Below are positions 18,948 to 29,700 of a DNA stretch of 64,000 nt, piece after piece (the stretch's first letter is position 1; every line of letters starts with the position of its first letter). Origin of the DNA: Myxococcales bacterium (GTDB taxonomy: Bacteria > Myxococcota_A > Polyangia > Polyangiales > DASUME01); NCBI GenBank assembly GCA_047601445.1, contig JASGJH010000001.1, positions 7,392,001 to 7,456,000 on the forward strand, read 5' to 3'. The translations under genes and the position numbers were made by a program. The notes beneath the pieces are model-generated. The model was given only the letters and a program-made list of their open reading frames with translations. It was not told where the DNA came from and did not search any database.

Positions 18948-20042
18948 ATGGACGCACTGACCCTCTGGTATACGCGTTGTCCGGCTCCCACCCCGCTCGG
19001 CATCGCGGCTCAGCTCAACTGGCTCGAGTACGAGTTCGCGAGTGATGGCATCGCCGTGCGGTCGCTGCAGGACGTGGCGGACCCGAAGCTCAGGCAGTCC
19101 CACCAGGATCACACGCTGCCCAACCTGTTCCGGCAGGGGGGGGTGGTGCCGGCCATCTACGCGCGCTCACTCGGGCATGCGACGCGGGTGCTCGGCTTTA
19201 CCTGGACGGACGAGGCCCAGCTGCTGTTGGCGCGCGGAGACGGCCCCCTGCTCGATCCAAGCGGCTTGCGCGGCAAGCGGCTCGGCGTGCGCGTCCGGTC
19301 CGGGGCCAAGATCGACGCCTGGCGCGCCACCACCCGGCGCGCCTACGCGGCGGCCCTGAAGGTCGCGGGGCTGTCCGAACGAGACGTGACGTTCGTGGAG
19401 ATCCCCGCCCCGGAGCAGCACGACTTTTCGGAGGTCGCTCGGCACTGGCCCAGCGTGGAGCCGCGCGAGCTCCCTGAGGTAAGGGCCTTGCTAGCGGGCG
19501 AGGTCGACGTGATCTTCCACAAGGGATCGCGGGGCGTCGAAGTGGAGCGCGCGATCGGGGCGCGGCGCATCGTCGATCTGGGCGCGCACGAGAGTTCATC
19601 CGTTCGCAGTGTCGGTGCGCTGCGCTTGTTGACCGCCGACGCCGACCTCATCGAGCGCCATCCGCGGCTCGTGGTGCGCACGCTGAAGCTGGTGCTGAGG
19701 GCCGGTGAATGGGCGGCGAGTCACCCGTTCGCCGCCATGTCTTGCGTGGTCAGCGAGACGGGCTCGAGCGAGCTGGCGGTACGCAGCGGCTACGGCAACC
19801 AGGTAGGAGAGCACCTGCGTACGGACTTCGACGCTCGGGCGATCGAGGCGCTCGACGACTGCAAGAGCTTCCTGCTCGCGAAAGGCTGGCTGAAGAGCGA
19901 CTTTTCACTAAGGGATTGGCTCGCGCCGGATCCGCTCGCGCAGGCCCAACAGGAGCTCTCCGCGCAACGCGAGCGGACTGCGCTGGGCTTGTCGAGCGTG
20001 CTCGGTTGGAGCAACGCTGCTCCTGCGTTTCATCCTCTTTGA
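18948..20042 (+). CDS. DszB-like protein, paralog 1
   Basis: TLWYTRCPAPT, SHQDH, FRQGG; no signal peptide; AGGAG RBS. Confidence 0.82.
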   Translation: MDALTLWYTRCPAPTPLGIAAQLNWLEYEFASDGIAVRSLQDVADPKLRQSHQDHTLPNLFRQGGVVPAIYARSLGHATRVLGFTWTDEAQLLLARGDGPLLDPSGLRGKRLGVRVRSGAKIDAWRATTRRAYAAALKVAGLSERDVTFVEIPAPEQHDFSEVARHWPSVEPRELPEVRALLAGEVDVIFHKGSRGVEVERAIGARRIVDLGAHESSSVRSVGALRLLTADADLIERHPRLVVRTLKLVLRAGEWAASHPFAAMSCVVSETGSSELAVRSGYGNQVGEHLRTDFDARAIEALDDCKSFLLAKGWLKSDFSLRDWLAPDPLAQAQQELSAQRERTALGLSSVLGWSNAAPAFHPL

Positions 20043-20073
20043 TCATCCGTTTCCGGCCCGGCCCGCACCTCGC

Positions 20074-21352
20074 ATGACGTCTTCGATCGATTCGCCCCCT
20101 GCCGCTGCTGCCAGCTCTGCTCCGTTCGCCGCGTTTCGCTCCGCCGACTTTCGCCGCTTCCAGGTCGGCCGCTTGCTCTCCACGCTCGCGCTACAGATCC
20201 AAGGCGTGGCCGTGGGCTGGCAGGTCTACGAGCTCACCGGCCGCGCGCTGGATCTCGGCTTCGTGGGATTGGCGCAGTTTCTCCCGGCCGTGCTGCTGTC
20301 TGCGTTCACGGGGCAAGTCGCAGATCGCTTCGATCGGCGACGGACCCTTGCGCTCTGCCAGAGCTTGCTCCTGCTCTGTTCGGGTGTGCTCCTGCTCGAA
20401 GCCAGGAGGCCGCAGCCTTTCCGTCAACGGCATCTACGCCCTGCTGTTCCTGGTGGGTATCGCCCGCGCCTTCCACGGACCTGCGAGCACCGCGCTCATG
20501 CCCAGCCTGGTCCCAGCGCAGGACTTCGCCAACGCCGTCGCATGGAGCTCTTCGAGCTGGCAGGTCGCCGTGCTCGGAGGGCCGGCGTTGGGGGGCCTTC
20601 TATACGCCACCGGAGGCGCCTCCTGCGTGTACATCGCTGCGCTCTCGTCCCAGGCCATCGCAGTGCTCGTGTTCTCCCTCATCGCGACCAGGCCCAAGCC
20701 CACCATCATCGATGCACCACCCCGCAGCCGGGAGCTCTCCGCCGGCCTGCGCTACATCTGGCGAAACCCCGTGATCCTCGGCGCGATCTCCCTGGATCTG
20801 TTCGCAGTCTTGTTCGGCGGAGCCGTCGCGCTCTTGCCCATCTATGCCCGCGACATCCTCCATGTTGGACCGCAGGGCCTGGGCCTACTGCGCAGCGCGC
20901 CCGCGCTGGGTGCGCTCATGGTGGGCATCTTGCTCGCACATCGTCCCCTCGAACGCCACGCTGGCCACGCCATGCTGCTAGGGGTCGGTGTGTTCGGGCT
21001 CGCCACCATCGCGTTCGGTCTGTCGCGGAGCTTCGTCGTATCAGTCGCCGCTCTGCTGGTGACGGGGGCGGCGGACATGGTCAGCGTGTTCGTGCGACAG
21101 CATTTGGTTCAACTGCGCACCCCAGACGCCATGCGCGGCCGCGTCGCGGCCGTGAACTCGGTGTTCGTAGGCGCTTCCAACGAGCTCGGCGAATTCGAGT
21201 CGGGGCTCGCTGCGACGGCACTCGGTGTCGTCCCAGCCGTAGTCGCAGGCGGGCTCGCGACATGCATCGTGGTCATCACCTGGGCGCTGCTGTTCCCGGC
21301 GCTGCGGCGCGTGGACCGACTCGAGCCTGCGCGCCTTGCGCACCAAGACTAG
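20074..21352 (+). CDS. MFS transporter (EntS/MFS_3-like), frameshifted at about 20418-20420
   Basis: GQVADRFDRR motif A; removing one T from CCTTTCC joins the two ORFs into one multi-TM protein. Confidence 0.9.
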
Positions 21353-21455
21353 CAGCGACCCCATGACCGTCCCCACGGCGTGGCGCTCGATCCATGGCGC
21401 GACCCTCGGCTAGCGAGCGGGAAGCCGACCGCGCTCCGCCGTCAGGGGCTTCGAG

Positions 21456-21860
21456 TTACTCCACTACGCTGAGTACGGAGAGCTTGCTGACACCGGCGCG
21501 GTTCACGGCGGCCATCACCTTCGCTACCAGGCCGTAATTGCTGGTCTGGTCTGCACTGAGGTGGACCGAGAGCTCGCTGCGCTCGGCTCGTAGCCTGCGC
21601 AGTTCGGGCTCCAGCGCGTTCAGCTTTACTTCCGCCTTGTCCACGTAGATGAGCCCCTTGTCGTCGACGCTCACCGTGACCGCAGGTTTCTGCTCTGCCT
21701 TGGCGGTGCTGGCCGTCTGCGGGAGCTGCACCTTGATCGCGTTGCCGATCAGCGGAGCCGTGATGATGAACACCACGAGCAGCACCAGCATCACGTCGAC
21801 CAACGGAGTCACGTTGATCTCGCTCACGACGTCGTCGGAGTCACCAGTTTGAATGGCCAT
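21456..21860 (-). CDS. exbD: Biopolymer transport protein ExbD
   Basis: SEINVTPLVDVMLVLLVVFIITAP. Confidence 0.95.
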   Translation of the reverse strand: MAIQTGDSDDVVSEINVTPLVDVMLVLLVVFIITAPLIGNAIKVQLPQTASTAKAEQKPAVTVSVDDKGLIYVDKAEVKLNALEPELRRLRAERSELSVHLSADQTSNYGLVAKVMAAVNRAGVSKLSVLSVVE

Positions 21861-22579
21861 TAGAGACTCGCTTCCGGTCGAAAGGTGAGACCGCTCGTGT
21901 CGGCGGCTGCGCCGCGGCTGGTGGCGCTCGGGAGCTGACTGCGCAGCGCCGCGCCCACGAAGCTATTGGCGAACTCTTCGAGCTCGGCGGCGAAGGTCTT
22001 GAGCCTGCGCAGGAAGTAGTTGTAGGCGAGCACGGCCGGCACGGCGACGGCGATGCCGAGAGCGGTCGCGATCAGCGCCTCACCGATGGGGCCTGCGACG
22101 ACCTCGAGGTTGGCCGAGCCGCTGCTGCCGATGGCCTTGAGTGCGCTGACGATGCCGAGCACCGTTCCGAACAGGCCCACGAAGGGCGCCGTGGACCCGA
22201 TGCTTGCGAGCAACGCCAGGCCGGACTCGGCACCGCGGCGTTCGCGCTGCAGCTGCTGCTTCAGGCTGCGTTCCAACAAGTCACGACGCAGCTCGAGGGT
22301 TTGCGGCTCCCCGCTGTCGCCCGTCTCGCTATGAGTCCAGGCGTCGGCGCCCACCAGGGCTACACGCGCAACGGGACCTTCGTGCCGCTTGACTTCGTCG
22401 CTGGTGGGTAACGAGCGCAGCTGCGCGAACGCTTTGCCGAACGACTCGGCCTGACGAGAGAGGCGCCGCTGCTGAAATACCTTCACGATGACGATGGCCC
22501 ACGTGAGGGCAGACGCCGCGACGAGAGCCACGAACGTGGCGTTCACGAACAAGAGAGTTAGCTTCTCGGACATGTGCAA
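21860..22579 (-). CDS. exbB: MotA/TolQ/ExbB proton channel
   Basis: IGSTAPFVGLFGTVLGI, GPIGEALIATALGIAVAVPA. Confidence 0.94.
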   Translation of the reverse strand: MHMSEKLTLLFVNATFVALVAASALTWAIVIVKVFQQRRLSRQAESFGKAFAQLRSLPTSDEVKRHEGPVARVALVGADAWTHSETGDSGEPQTLELRRDLLERSLKQQLQRERRGAESGLALLASIGSTAPFVGLFGTVLGIVSALKAIGSSGSANLEVVAGPIGEALIATALGIAVAVPAVLAYNYFLRRLKTFAAELEEFANSFVGAALRSQLPSATSRGAAADTSGLTFRPEASL

Positions 22580-22624
22580 TGACTCCGGGGGGTTGTTCGC
22601 GCGCCGAGCAGGGCGCGCCTCGAC

Positions 22625-23453
22625 TCACTGAATGCGAAACTCGAATGGCACGGAGACCCAACCGGCGATGGGTTTGCCACCCTGGCTCGCCGGCACGAAG
22701 CTCCAGCTCTTCACGACCTCGAGGGCGGCCTCGTCGAGCGCCTCGTGGCCTGCCGAGACCTGCACGCGGGCGCTCTCGACCTTGCCGTTGGGCAGCACTC
22801 TCACGCGCAAGATCACGCGGCCTTGCAGGCCGTCGCGCAAGGCGGTGCGGGGATAGGCCGGGCGGGGGTTGTTCAGGTAGTTGGCGCCTTCCTTGGCCTC
22901 GATCACGGGTGGAGGCGGTGGCGGCGGAGGAGGAGGCGCCGGCGGGGCCACCACCGGCTCTGGCGCCGGTGGAGCGAGCCCCGCCGGCGCGGGGGGGAGG
23001 TCACCGTCTTCGCCTTGCGGAATGTCGGTTCCGACCTCCTCGGGCGTCTTCGCCGTTTCGGCGGGCGTCGCACTCGGCGTGAGACGTGGCACTGGCTTGT
23101 GGCTGGGGCGCGGCTCGGGCGGCGGGAGCTTCTGCTCCTCTTGCTTGGGCTCGGGCTCGGGCTCTACCTGCTTGGGCGGAGGAGGCGGCGGAGGCGCGAG
23201 CTCGATTCTCGATTTGCTCCGGAATCGGGCGCACTGGCTCCGAGGCGCTTACGTGCAGCACCCACACCAGTGATCCGTGCACGGCCAGCGAGAAGGCGAA
23301 CACGCCCCGCGCGAGGCGGGCGCTGGGCTCGGCCGCCGGTGGAATCGAGATCAATGCTGGTGCGGTCCCGACGGCGGCGCGCGCGCTGCTGCGTGCGTGC
23401 GCGGGGATGCGTCGGCTCGAATCGGGCGACTTCTGCTTGCTCGCTTGCGACAT
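22625..23453 (-). CDS. tonB: Energy transducer TonB, frameshifted at about 23206
   Basis: TM motif SLAVH, Pro/Glu-Pro linker, C-terminal YPRTALRDGLQGRVILRV; removing one base at GATTC joins the halves. Confidence 0.9.
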
Positions 23454-23519
23454 CGCGGCTCTCTCCTCCAAGATGCGCCGCAACGGCGCGACCTGCTTTC
23501 AAGGTCAGTTGGGACCAGT

Positions 23520-23535
23520 GTCTACTATGACAGAC
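23520..23535. promoter_or_regulatory. Island operator GTCTACTATGACAGAC (tonB-exbBD)
   Basis: Palindrome lies over the -10 region of a minus-strand promoter with TTGACA at 23545-23550. Confidence 0.78.
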
Positions 23536-23657
23536 ATGTGGTCTTGTCAAACGTCGGCCCAGCGCCGCTTCGCCTACGCCATGCCTAACTGTCGGGTCTC
23601 TGCGAGGTGCGGCTTGGCCCGAAGGGACCGCCCGGCCAGCGGGAATGGCGTATCAAC

Positions 23658-23673
23658 GTCTTGTATAGTAGAC
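23658..23673. promoter_or_regulatory. Island operator GTCTTGTATAGTAGAC (nitroreductase operon)
   Basis: Contains -10-like TATAGT; about 30 nt before ATG 23703. Confidence 0.8.
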
Positions 23674-23702
23674 ATGAGCGCAGTTGGAAAGAGGTGTGTC
23701 GA

Positions 23703-24311
23703 ATGGTTGCCGAAGTTGCTGAATTTTCATCCGCCGTGGTGGCGCGTGCGCCCGAAGCGGCCGTGGATAGCCAGTTCGTCGAGCGCTGGTCGCAGCGCTC
23801 ATTCTCCGAGAGGGGGCTCTCGCGCGAGCAAATCGGCGCGTTGTTCGAGGCCGCCCGCTGGGCGCCTTCGGCCAGCAACCAGCAGCCCTGGCTGTTCGTC
23901 TACGCCACGAGGCAGGAGGCGCTGGTGAGACTGCGCACCCTGCTCAAGGAGGGCAACCTGCGCTGGGCGACGCGCGCACCCCTCCTGATCTTCGTGTTCG
24001 CGCGTAAACGCCATCCCGAGACCGGTGCTCCCATTCGGACCGCCCAGTTCGATACCGGCGCAGCCTGGCAATCCCTTGCCCTGCAGGCACACAAACTGGG
24101 GCTCTCGACCCGAGCCATGGGCGGCATCCATCACAATCTCGTGTACGACGCCGTCGGAGTATCTCGGGAAGATTACGAGTCGATGGTGGCCATCGCCGTG
24201 GGATATCCGGGCGACCAGGAAACTTTGCCGGCGGACTTGCGCGAGCGCGAGAAGCCCAACACCCGCAAGAGCACGCGCGAGTTTGTCTTCGAAGAGCGCT
24301 TCGGTCGATGA
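23703..24311 (+). CDS. Nitroreductase family flavoprotein
   Basis: ERWSQRSF, EAARWAPSASNQQPW, FDTGAAWQSLALQAHKLGL. Confidence 0.93.
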   Translation: MVAEVAEFSSAVVARAPEAAVDSQFVERWSQRSFSERGLSREQIGALFEAARWAPSASNQQPWLFVYATRQEALVRLRTLLKEGNLRWATRAPLLIFVFARKRHPETGAPIRTAQFDTGAAWQSLALQAHKLGLSTRAMGGIHHNLVYDAVGVSREDYESMVAIAVGYPGDQETLPADLREREKPNTRKSTREFVFEERFGR

Positions 24312-25387
24312 GCCAGCCTGGCGCGGAGCCGGTCGCAGTCTTGGGCCTGGACTGGGCTGCGTGGTCGCTGCACGAGGTTATCGCGGCGTTTTGGGGCGCA
24401 CCGTTTCGCTGGTGGGTGAGCGGCGGCCTCGCCCTGGAGCTTCATTCTGGGCACAGCTGGCGTTTGCACGGTGACACCGATGTCGGGATCTTGCGAAGCG
24501 ACGTAGCCCGCGCCGCGAGCTGGTTACCCGATCTCGAGTTCGTGGTGGCAGCGCAGGGAAAGCTTGCGAACTGGCGCGGTGAACCGCTGGTTGCGGGGCA
24601 GAACAATGTGTGGCTGCGCGCCCACGGTGAGCATCACTGGGCTTTGGACCTGACGCTCTCGGACGGCGCCGAACGGCAGTGGATCTACCGTCGCGACCCT
24701 GCGCTCACGCGTCCGTGGTCCGAGGCCGTGCTCCACACCAAGGAGGGCGTGCCGTATCTCGCGCCCGAGCTGCAGCTCTTGTTCAAGAGCAAGACGCCGC
24801 GTCCAAGGGACACACTCGACGCGAGCATGGTCATCCCGCTCCTGGATGAAGCGCAGCACACGTTCCTCGAGCGTCACCTTGCGCCATCCCATGCGTGGCG
24901 ACAGCTCCTGCGCGAGCACAGAGGCGCTCGAGTGGCGCGTGCGGTTCCTCGTCTGTCCATCGTGATGGATGGGTTACCGGACGGCTTCTCGGCGCTACAT
25001 CGCTGCGCAGAGAAGGAAGGCTTTGCGCACCTGAGCAGGCTAGCCGCGGCCTGGGAGAACGGGCCGTCTACGCCGAGTCCCGGGGAGGTGCTCATGGAGG
25101 TTCGCGCGCAGGAGCAGTTGGTCGCCATCGGTGCTCTCACGGCGGAGCCCGCCGAGAGCATGAAAGGGGCCCTCCGCGTGCGGCGGTTCTACGTGCACCC
25201 GCATTTTCGGCGCCGCGGCCTCGGCCGTCTTCTAGCGTCGGCGCTACTGGACCATGGCCGAGCCCATTCGCGCGCGTTCACGCTGCATGCACCACGCCCC
25301 TCGTCACGTGCATTCTGGGAGGCCATGGGCTTCGTGGTCGACGAGCGCGATGGCTTCAGTCACGTGCGCGTCGAGCCGGACCTCTGA
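24308..25387 (+). CDS. Nucleotidyltransferase (ANT(2'')/Lnu-like fold) fused to a GNAT acetyltransferase
   Basis: WWVSGGLAL..HGDTDV and LAPELQLLFK; then VRRFYVHPHFRRRGLGRLL..FWEAMGF. Confidence 0.8.
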   Translation: MSQPGAEPVAVLGLDWAAWSLHEVIAAFWGAPFRWWVSGGLALELHSGHSWRLHGDTDVGILRSDVARAASWLPDLEFVVAAQGKLANWRGEPLVAGQNNVWLRAHGEHHWALDLTLSDGAERQWIYRRDPALTRPWSEAVLHTKEGVPYLAPELQLLFKSKTPRPRDTLDASMVIPLLDEAQHTFLERHLAPSHAWRQLLREHRGARVARAVPRLSIVMDGLPDGFSALHRCAEKEGFAHLSRLAAAWENGPSTPSPGEVLMEVRAQEQLVAIGALTAEPAESMKGALRVRRFYVHPHFRRRGLGRLLASALLDHGRAHSRAFTLHAPRPSSRAFWEAMGFVVDERDGFSHVRVEPDL

Positions 25388-25396
25388 CGGCGCGCG

Positions 25397-26752
25397 CTAC
25401 TCGCCCGCCGCGGATCGAGGCACGTCGCGGCGCACCAGGCCAGGTCGCACCAGACCCAAATGCTCGCGCAGCGTGGATCCCTCGTACTCGCGGCGCATCA
25501 ATCCGCGCCGTTGCAGCTCGGGCACGACCTTGTGCACGAAGCTCACGAAGCTGCCCTGGGCCAGAGGGGGCAACGGCGGGACCACGTTGAAGCCGTCCGC
25601 GCCGCGCTCCACGAACCACTGTTCGATGGTGTCGGCGATGGTCTTCGGAGAGCCATGGACCTGGAGGTGTCCGCGCGAGGTCGCAAAGCGATACACGAGC
25701 TGACGGATGGTGAGGTTCTCGCGGCGAGCGAGCGTGACGAGCTGCCTGAAGCGACCCTTTCCATTGGCCGACTCCGGCAAATCCGGAAGCGGCCCGTCGA
25801 GGTCGTAGCCCGTGAGGTCGGCGCCGCCGAGCTGAACACCCTTGGAGAAGTCGATCAACTCCTGGAGCTCGGCGAAGAGCTCCTTGGCCTCGGAGTCGGT
25901 CTCGCCCACCACCACGGAGAGACCTGGCGTGATCTTGAGCTGGTCCTGCGAGCGCCCGTACTTTGCCATGCGTCCTTTGACGTCGGCGTAGTAGGCCTGC
26001 GCGTCGGCGAGGGTCTGCGCCGAGCAGTAAGTCATCTCCGCCAGCCGCGCAGCGAACTCGCGTCCAGTCTCGGAATTGCCTGCCTGCACGAACACGGGGT
26101 GTCCCTGAATCGGACGCGCCATGTCGAGCAGACCTTCGGAACGGAAGTACTTGCCCGTGTGTTCGACGGGGTTGGCGGCCTGCACGTCGAAGAAGACACC
26201 GCTGGCGCGGTCCGGAGCGTGGAAGGCGTCGTCTTGCCATGAATCCCAGTAGTTCCTTGCCAGCTCCACGAACTCGCTGGCGCGTTGGTAGCGCTGTTCG
26301 TGTTCGAGCGGCTCCAGGCCGAAGTTGGCGCTGGGAGCCTCTCCCAGAGAAGACACGATGTTCCAACCCGCGCGGCCTCCGCTGATGTGGTCGAGCGAGC
26401 TGAACTGACGAGCGATGTTGTAGGGGTGGGAGAAGTTGGTGTTGACCGTGGCGATCAGGCCGATGCGCTGGGTGCTCACGGCGATGGCCGAGAGCAACGT
26501 CATCGGCTCGAACTGGTAGCTCGCTCCGCGCTTCGCGAGCGAAGGCAGGTCGCTCGCCGAGCGGCCGATGAAGTCTGCCAGGAAGAAGGAGTCGAACTTG
26601 GCCTGCTCCGCGAGCTGGGCCAATTTGATCCAGAGCGCGAGGTCGGGTTTGCCCGTCGCGCCCTCATTCCCATGGTGCCGCCAGGCCTCCGGGTGGTGGC
26701 CGAAGCGTTGGAAGAACACGTTCAGGATCAGCTTGCGCGAACTGGCACTCAT
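25397..26752 (-). CDS. NtaA/SnaA/DszA-family LLM flavin-dependent monooxygenase
   Basis: AEQAKFDSFFLAD, PYNIARQFSSLDHISGGRAGWNIV, QAGNSETGREFAA, VPELQRRGL. Confidence 0.95.
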   Translation of the reverse strand: MSASSRKLILNVFFQRFGHHPEAWRHHGNEGATGKPDLALWIKLAQLAEQAKFDSFFLADFIGRSASDLPSLAKRGASYQFEPMTLLSAIAVSTQRIGLIATVNTNFSHPYNIARQFSSLDHISGGRAGWNIVSSLGEAPSANFGLEPLEHEQRYQRASEFVELARNYWDSWQDDAFHAPDRASGVFFDVQAANPVEHTGKYFRSEGLLDMARPIQGHPVFVQAGNSETGREFAARLAEMTYCSAQTLADAQAYYADVKGRMAKYGRSQDQLKITPGLSVVVGETDSEAKELFAELQELIDFSKGVQLGGADLTGYDLDGPLPDLPESANGKGRFRQLVTLARRENLTIRQLVYRFATSRGHLQVHGSPKTIADTIEQWFVERGADGFNVVPPLPPLAQGSFVSFVHKVVPELQRRGLMRREYEGSTLREHLGLVRPGLVRRDVPRSAAGE

Positions 26753-26785
26753 CGGTTCCCTCCCGCGCCGCCGGTTACGGGGCGA

Positions 26786-29700
26786 CTACGGCGAGTCCAT
26801 CATACGAGACGTAGTGTCCATTGCAAGGTCGACGTTCGTTGCGCCGCGCCGGCCGCGCCAGACTCCCCAGGCACTGCCGAGCCGATGGAGGACGAGATAG
26901 ACCACGGGCGTCGTGTACAGCGTGAGCACCTGACTCAAGAGGAGCCCACCGACGATGGAGATTCCGAGCGGTCTTCTCAACTCGGCGCCATCGCCCGCGC
27001 CGAGAGCGAGTGGGAGCGCTCCCAGCAAAGCCGCCAACGTCGTCATCAGGATGGGACGAAAGCGCTCGAGGCAAGCCCGACGGATCGACTCCGCGGCGGT
27101 GAGGTGCTCGGTGCGTTCGAGCTGGAGCGCGCAGTCGATCAACATGATGGCGTTCTTCTTGACGATGCCGACGAGCAAGATGAGCCCGATCAACGCGATC
27201 ACCGAGAAGCTCTCGTCCATGAGGCGCAGGGCGAGCAGCGCGCCTACGCCCGCCGAAGGCAGTGTGGAGAGAATGGTCAGCGGATGGAGCAGGCTCTCGT
27301 AGAGCATGCCCAACACCAGGTAGACCGCGACCAGGGCCGACAGAATGAGCCACGGTTGGTTGTCGAGGGACGAGAGGAACGCCTGCATGCTGCCAGCGAA
27401 CGTCCCCCATACGCTGCCTGTCGGACTGGCCTGCTCGAGGGTGGTTTCGATCATCCGCGCTGCGCGTTCGAGCGACACGCCCGGGGCCAAGTTGAAGGAG
27501 AGCGTGGCGGCCGCGAACTGGCCCTGGTGGTTTACCGCGAGCGGAGCGTGCTTTCGGCTCCAGTGGGCCAGGGAATGCAGGGGAACCGGCTGCTCGCCAC
27601 GCGCGGGGAGGTAAATGTTCTTGAGGGCTTCGGGGCCTCGCGCCAACTCGGGTTCGACGGCGAGCACGACGTAGTACTGGTTGAGCGGCTCGTAGATCGT
27701 GGATACGATGCGCTGGCCGAAGGCGTCATTCAGGGTCGCGTCGATGTCCCGCGCCGAGATGCCAAGCTCGGCTGCCCGATCGCGATCCAGCGAAACTTGC
27801 GTCGCTAGGCCGCGGTCCTGGAAGTCGCTCGTCACGTCGGTCAGCTCGGGCAGCTTGGCGAGTAGCCCGCGAAAGCGCGGTGCCAGCGCCTGGAGCGCCG
27901 GCAGGTCGCTCGAAAGGAGTGTGTACTGATACTGCGCCGCCCCCTGGCGTGCTCCGATGTTGACGTCCTGTTGAGCGCTGAGCAGCAGCGCCACTCCGGG
28001 CACCTTCGATAGGCGTGGTCGCAGTCGCTGCACGACCTCCTCCGCCGTGGCTGTGCGCTCGGCCCGGGGGCGCAGCTGTGCGAACATGGAGCCCGTGTTG
28101 AACTGGTTGCCAGCGGCGCCGCCGCCGTACTCGTAAAAGGTGTCCACGTCGGGATCGTTCCCGACGATACGCATCAGGGCGGCCACTTTTTGGCGCATGG
28201 CCGCAAAGCCGATGTTCTGGTCCGCGCGAAAGATGCCCTGGAGGCGGCCCGTGTCCTGCTGCGGAAAGAAGCTCTTGGGGATGGCTTGATAGAGGTGAAC
28301 GCTGAGCCACACGCTGCCCAGCAAGCACGTCAGCATCAGCCGCGGATGTCCGAGCGCCCAACCGAGCGTAAGCGCATAAACCCGCTCGGGAAGCGTGCTG
28401 ACCGCGTCGAGTACACGGTGGACCCAACTCGAGGAGCTCGCCGTCGACGGGGGCCTCAGCAGCTGGGCACACAGCATGGGAGTGACTACCAGGGAAACCA
28501 GCATGGAGAGCAGGACCGCGATGGACAAGGTCACCGCGAACTCGCGAAAGAGCCGACCGACCACGCCATCCATCAGCAAAAGCGGAATGAACACGGCGAC
28601 CAGGGAAACGCTCATGGCGACCACGGTGAAGCCCACGTTGCGCACGGCCCGCAGGGCGGCCGACCGGGCATCGAGCCCGCGTTCCATGTGGTGGACGGCG
28701 TTTTCCAGCACTACGATCGCATCGTCCACCACGAAGCCCGTGGAGATGATCAGCGCCATCAACGACAGGTTGTTGAGCGTGAACCCACACAGGTAAATGA
28801 TCGCGAGGGTGCCGAGCAGCGAAACGGGGATCGCGACGCTGGGAATGATGGTGGCCCGGGCGCTGCGCAAGAACAGGAACGCCACCAGCACTACGAGTCC
28901 AATCGAAAGCAGCAACGTTTCTTCGACCTCCCGCAGGGAGCGCCGGATGGTGGTGCTGCGGTCCACCACGACTTTGACTTCCACGTCGGCGGGCACCAGG
29001 GAGTCCGCCTCGCGAAGGAGGTCCTTCACCGCATCCACCGTCTGCACGATATTGGCGCCGGGCTGGTTGATCACGGCCAGGAGCACGGCGGGCTTGCCGC
29101 CGCTCGAGCCTGCGTTTCGCAACTCCTGCACCGAGTCACGGATCGTGGCGACGTCCGAAAGGCGCACCACCCCCGCCGGCGTCGAGCGCACGATCAGGTC
29201 GCGGTAGTCCTGGGCGCGCGCGAGCTTGCCCCGGACGTGTATCAGATAGCGCTCCTCCTTCGATTCGATGAAGCCCTTGGGGAGGTCCGCGGTGGCCGTG
29301 GAGAGGGCCGTCCGCAGCTGCTCCAGCGAGAGACCACGCTGGGTGAGCACCTGGGGGTTTACCTCGATGCGCACCGAACGGATCGAGCTGCCATTGACCT
29401 GGACCTGTCCCACGCCGGCAACCTGCGCGATGCGCTGGCCGAGGTTGGTGAATGCCACGTCATAGAGCTGGTCTTGGGTGCGGGTGGGGGAGGTGAGCGC
29501 GATGGCCAGCACCGGCCCCGAGGCCGAGTTGGCCTTGCGATAGATGGGAGGCGAGGGCAAGTTGGGCGGTAAGAGCGCGCTCGCGGCGCTGATCGCGGAC
29601 TGCACGTCGCGCGCCGCGCTGTCCACGTCGCGGGCGAGATCGAACTGCAAGCTGACGCGCGTGGAGCCCTGCGAGCTGGTCGAGGTCATCTCGGTGACTC

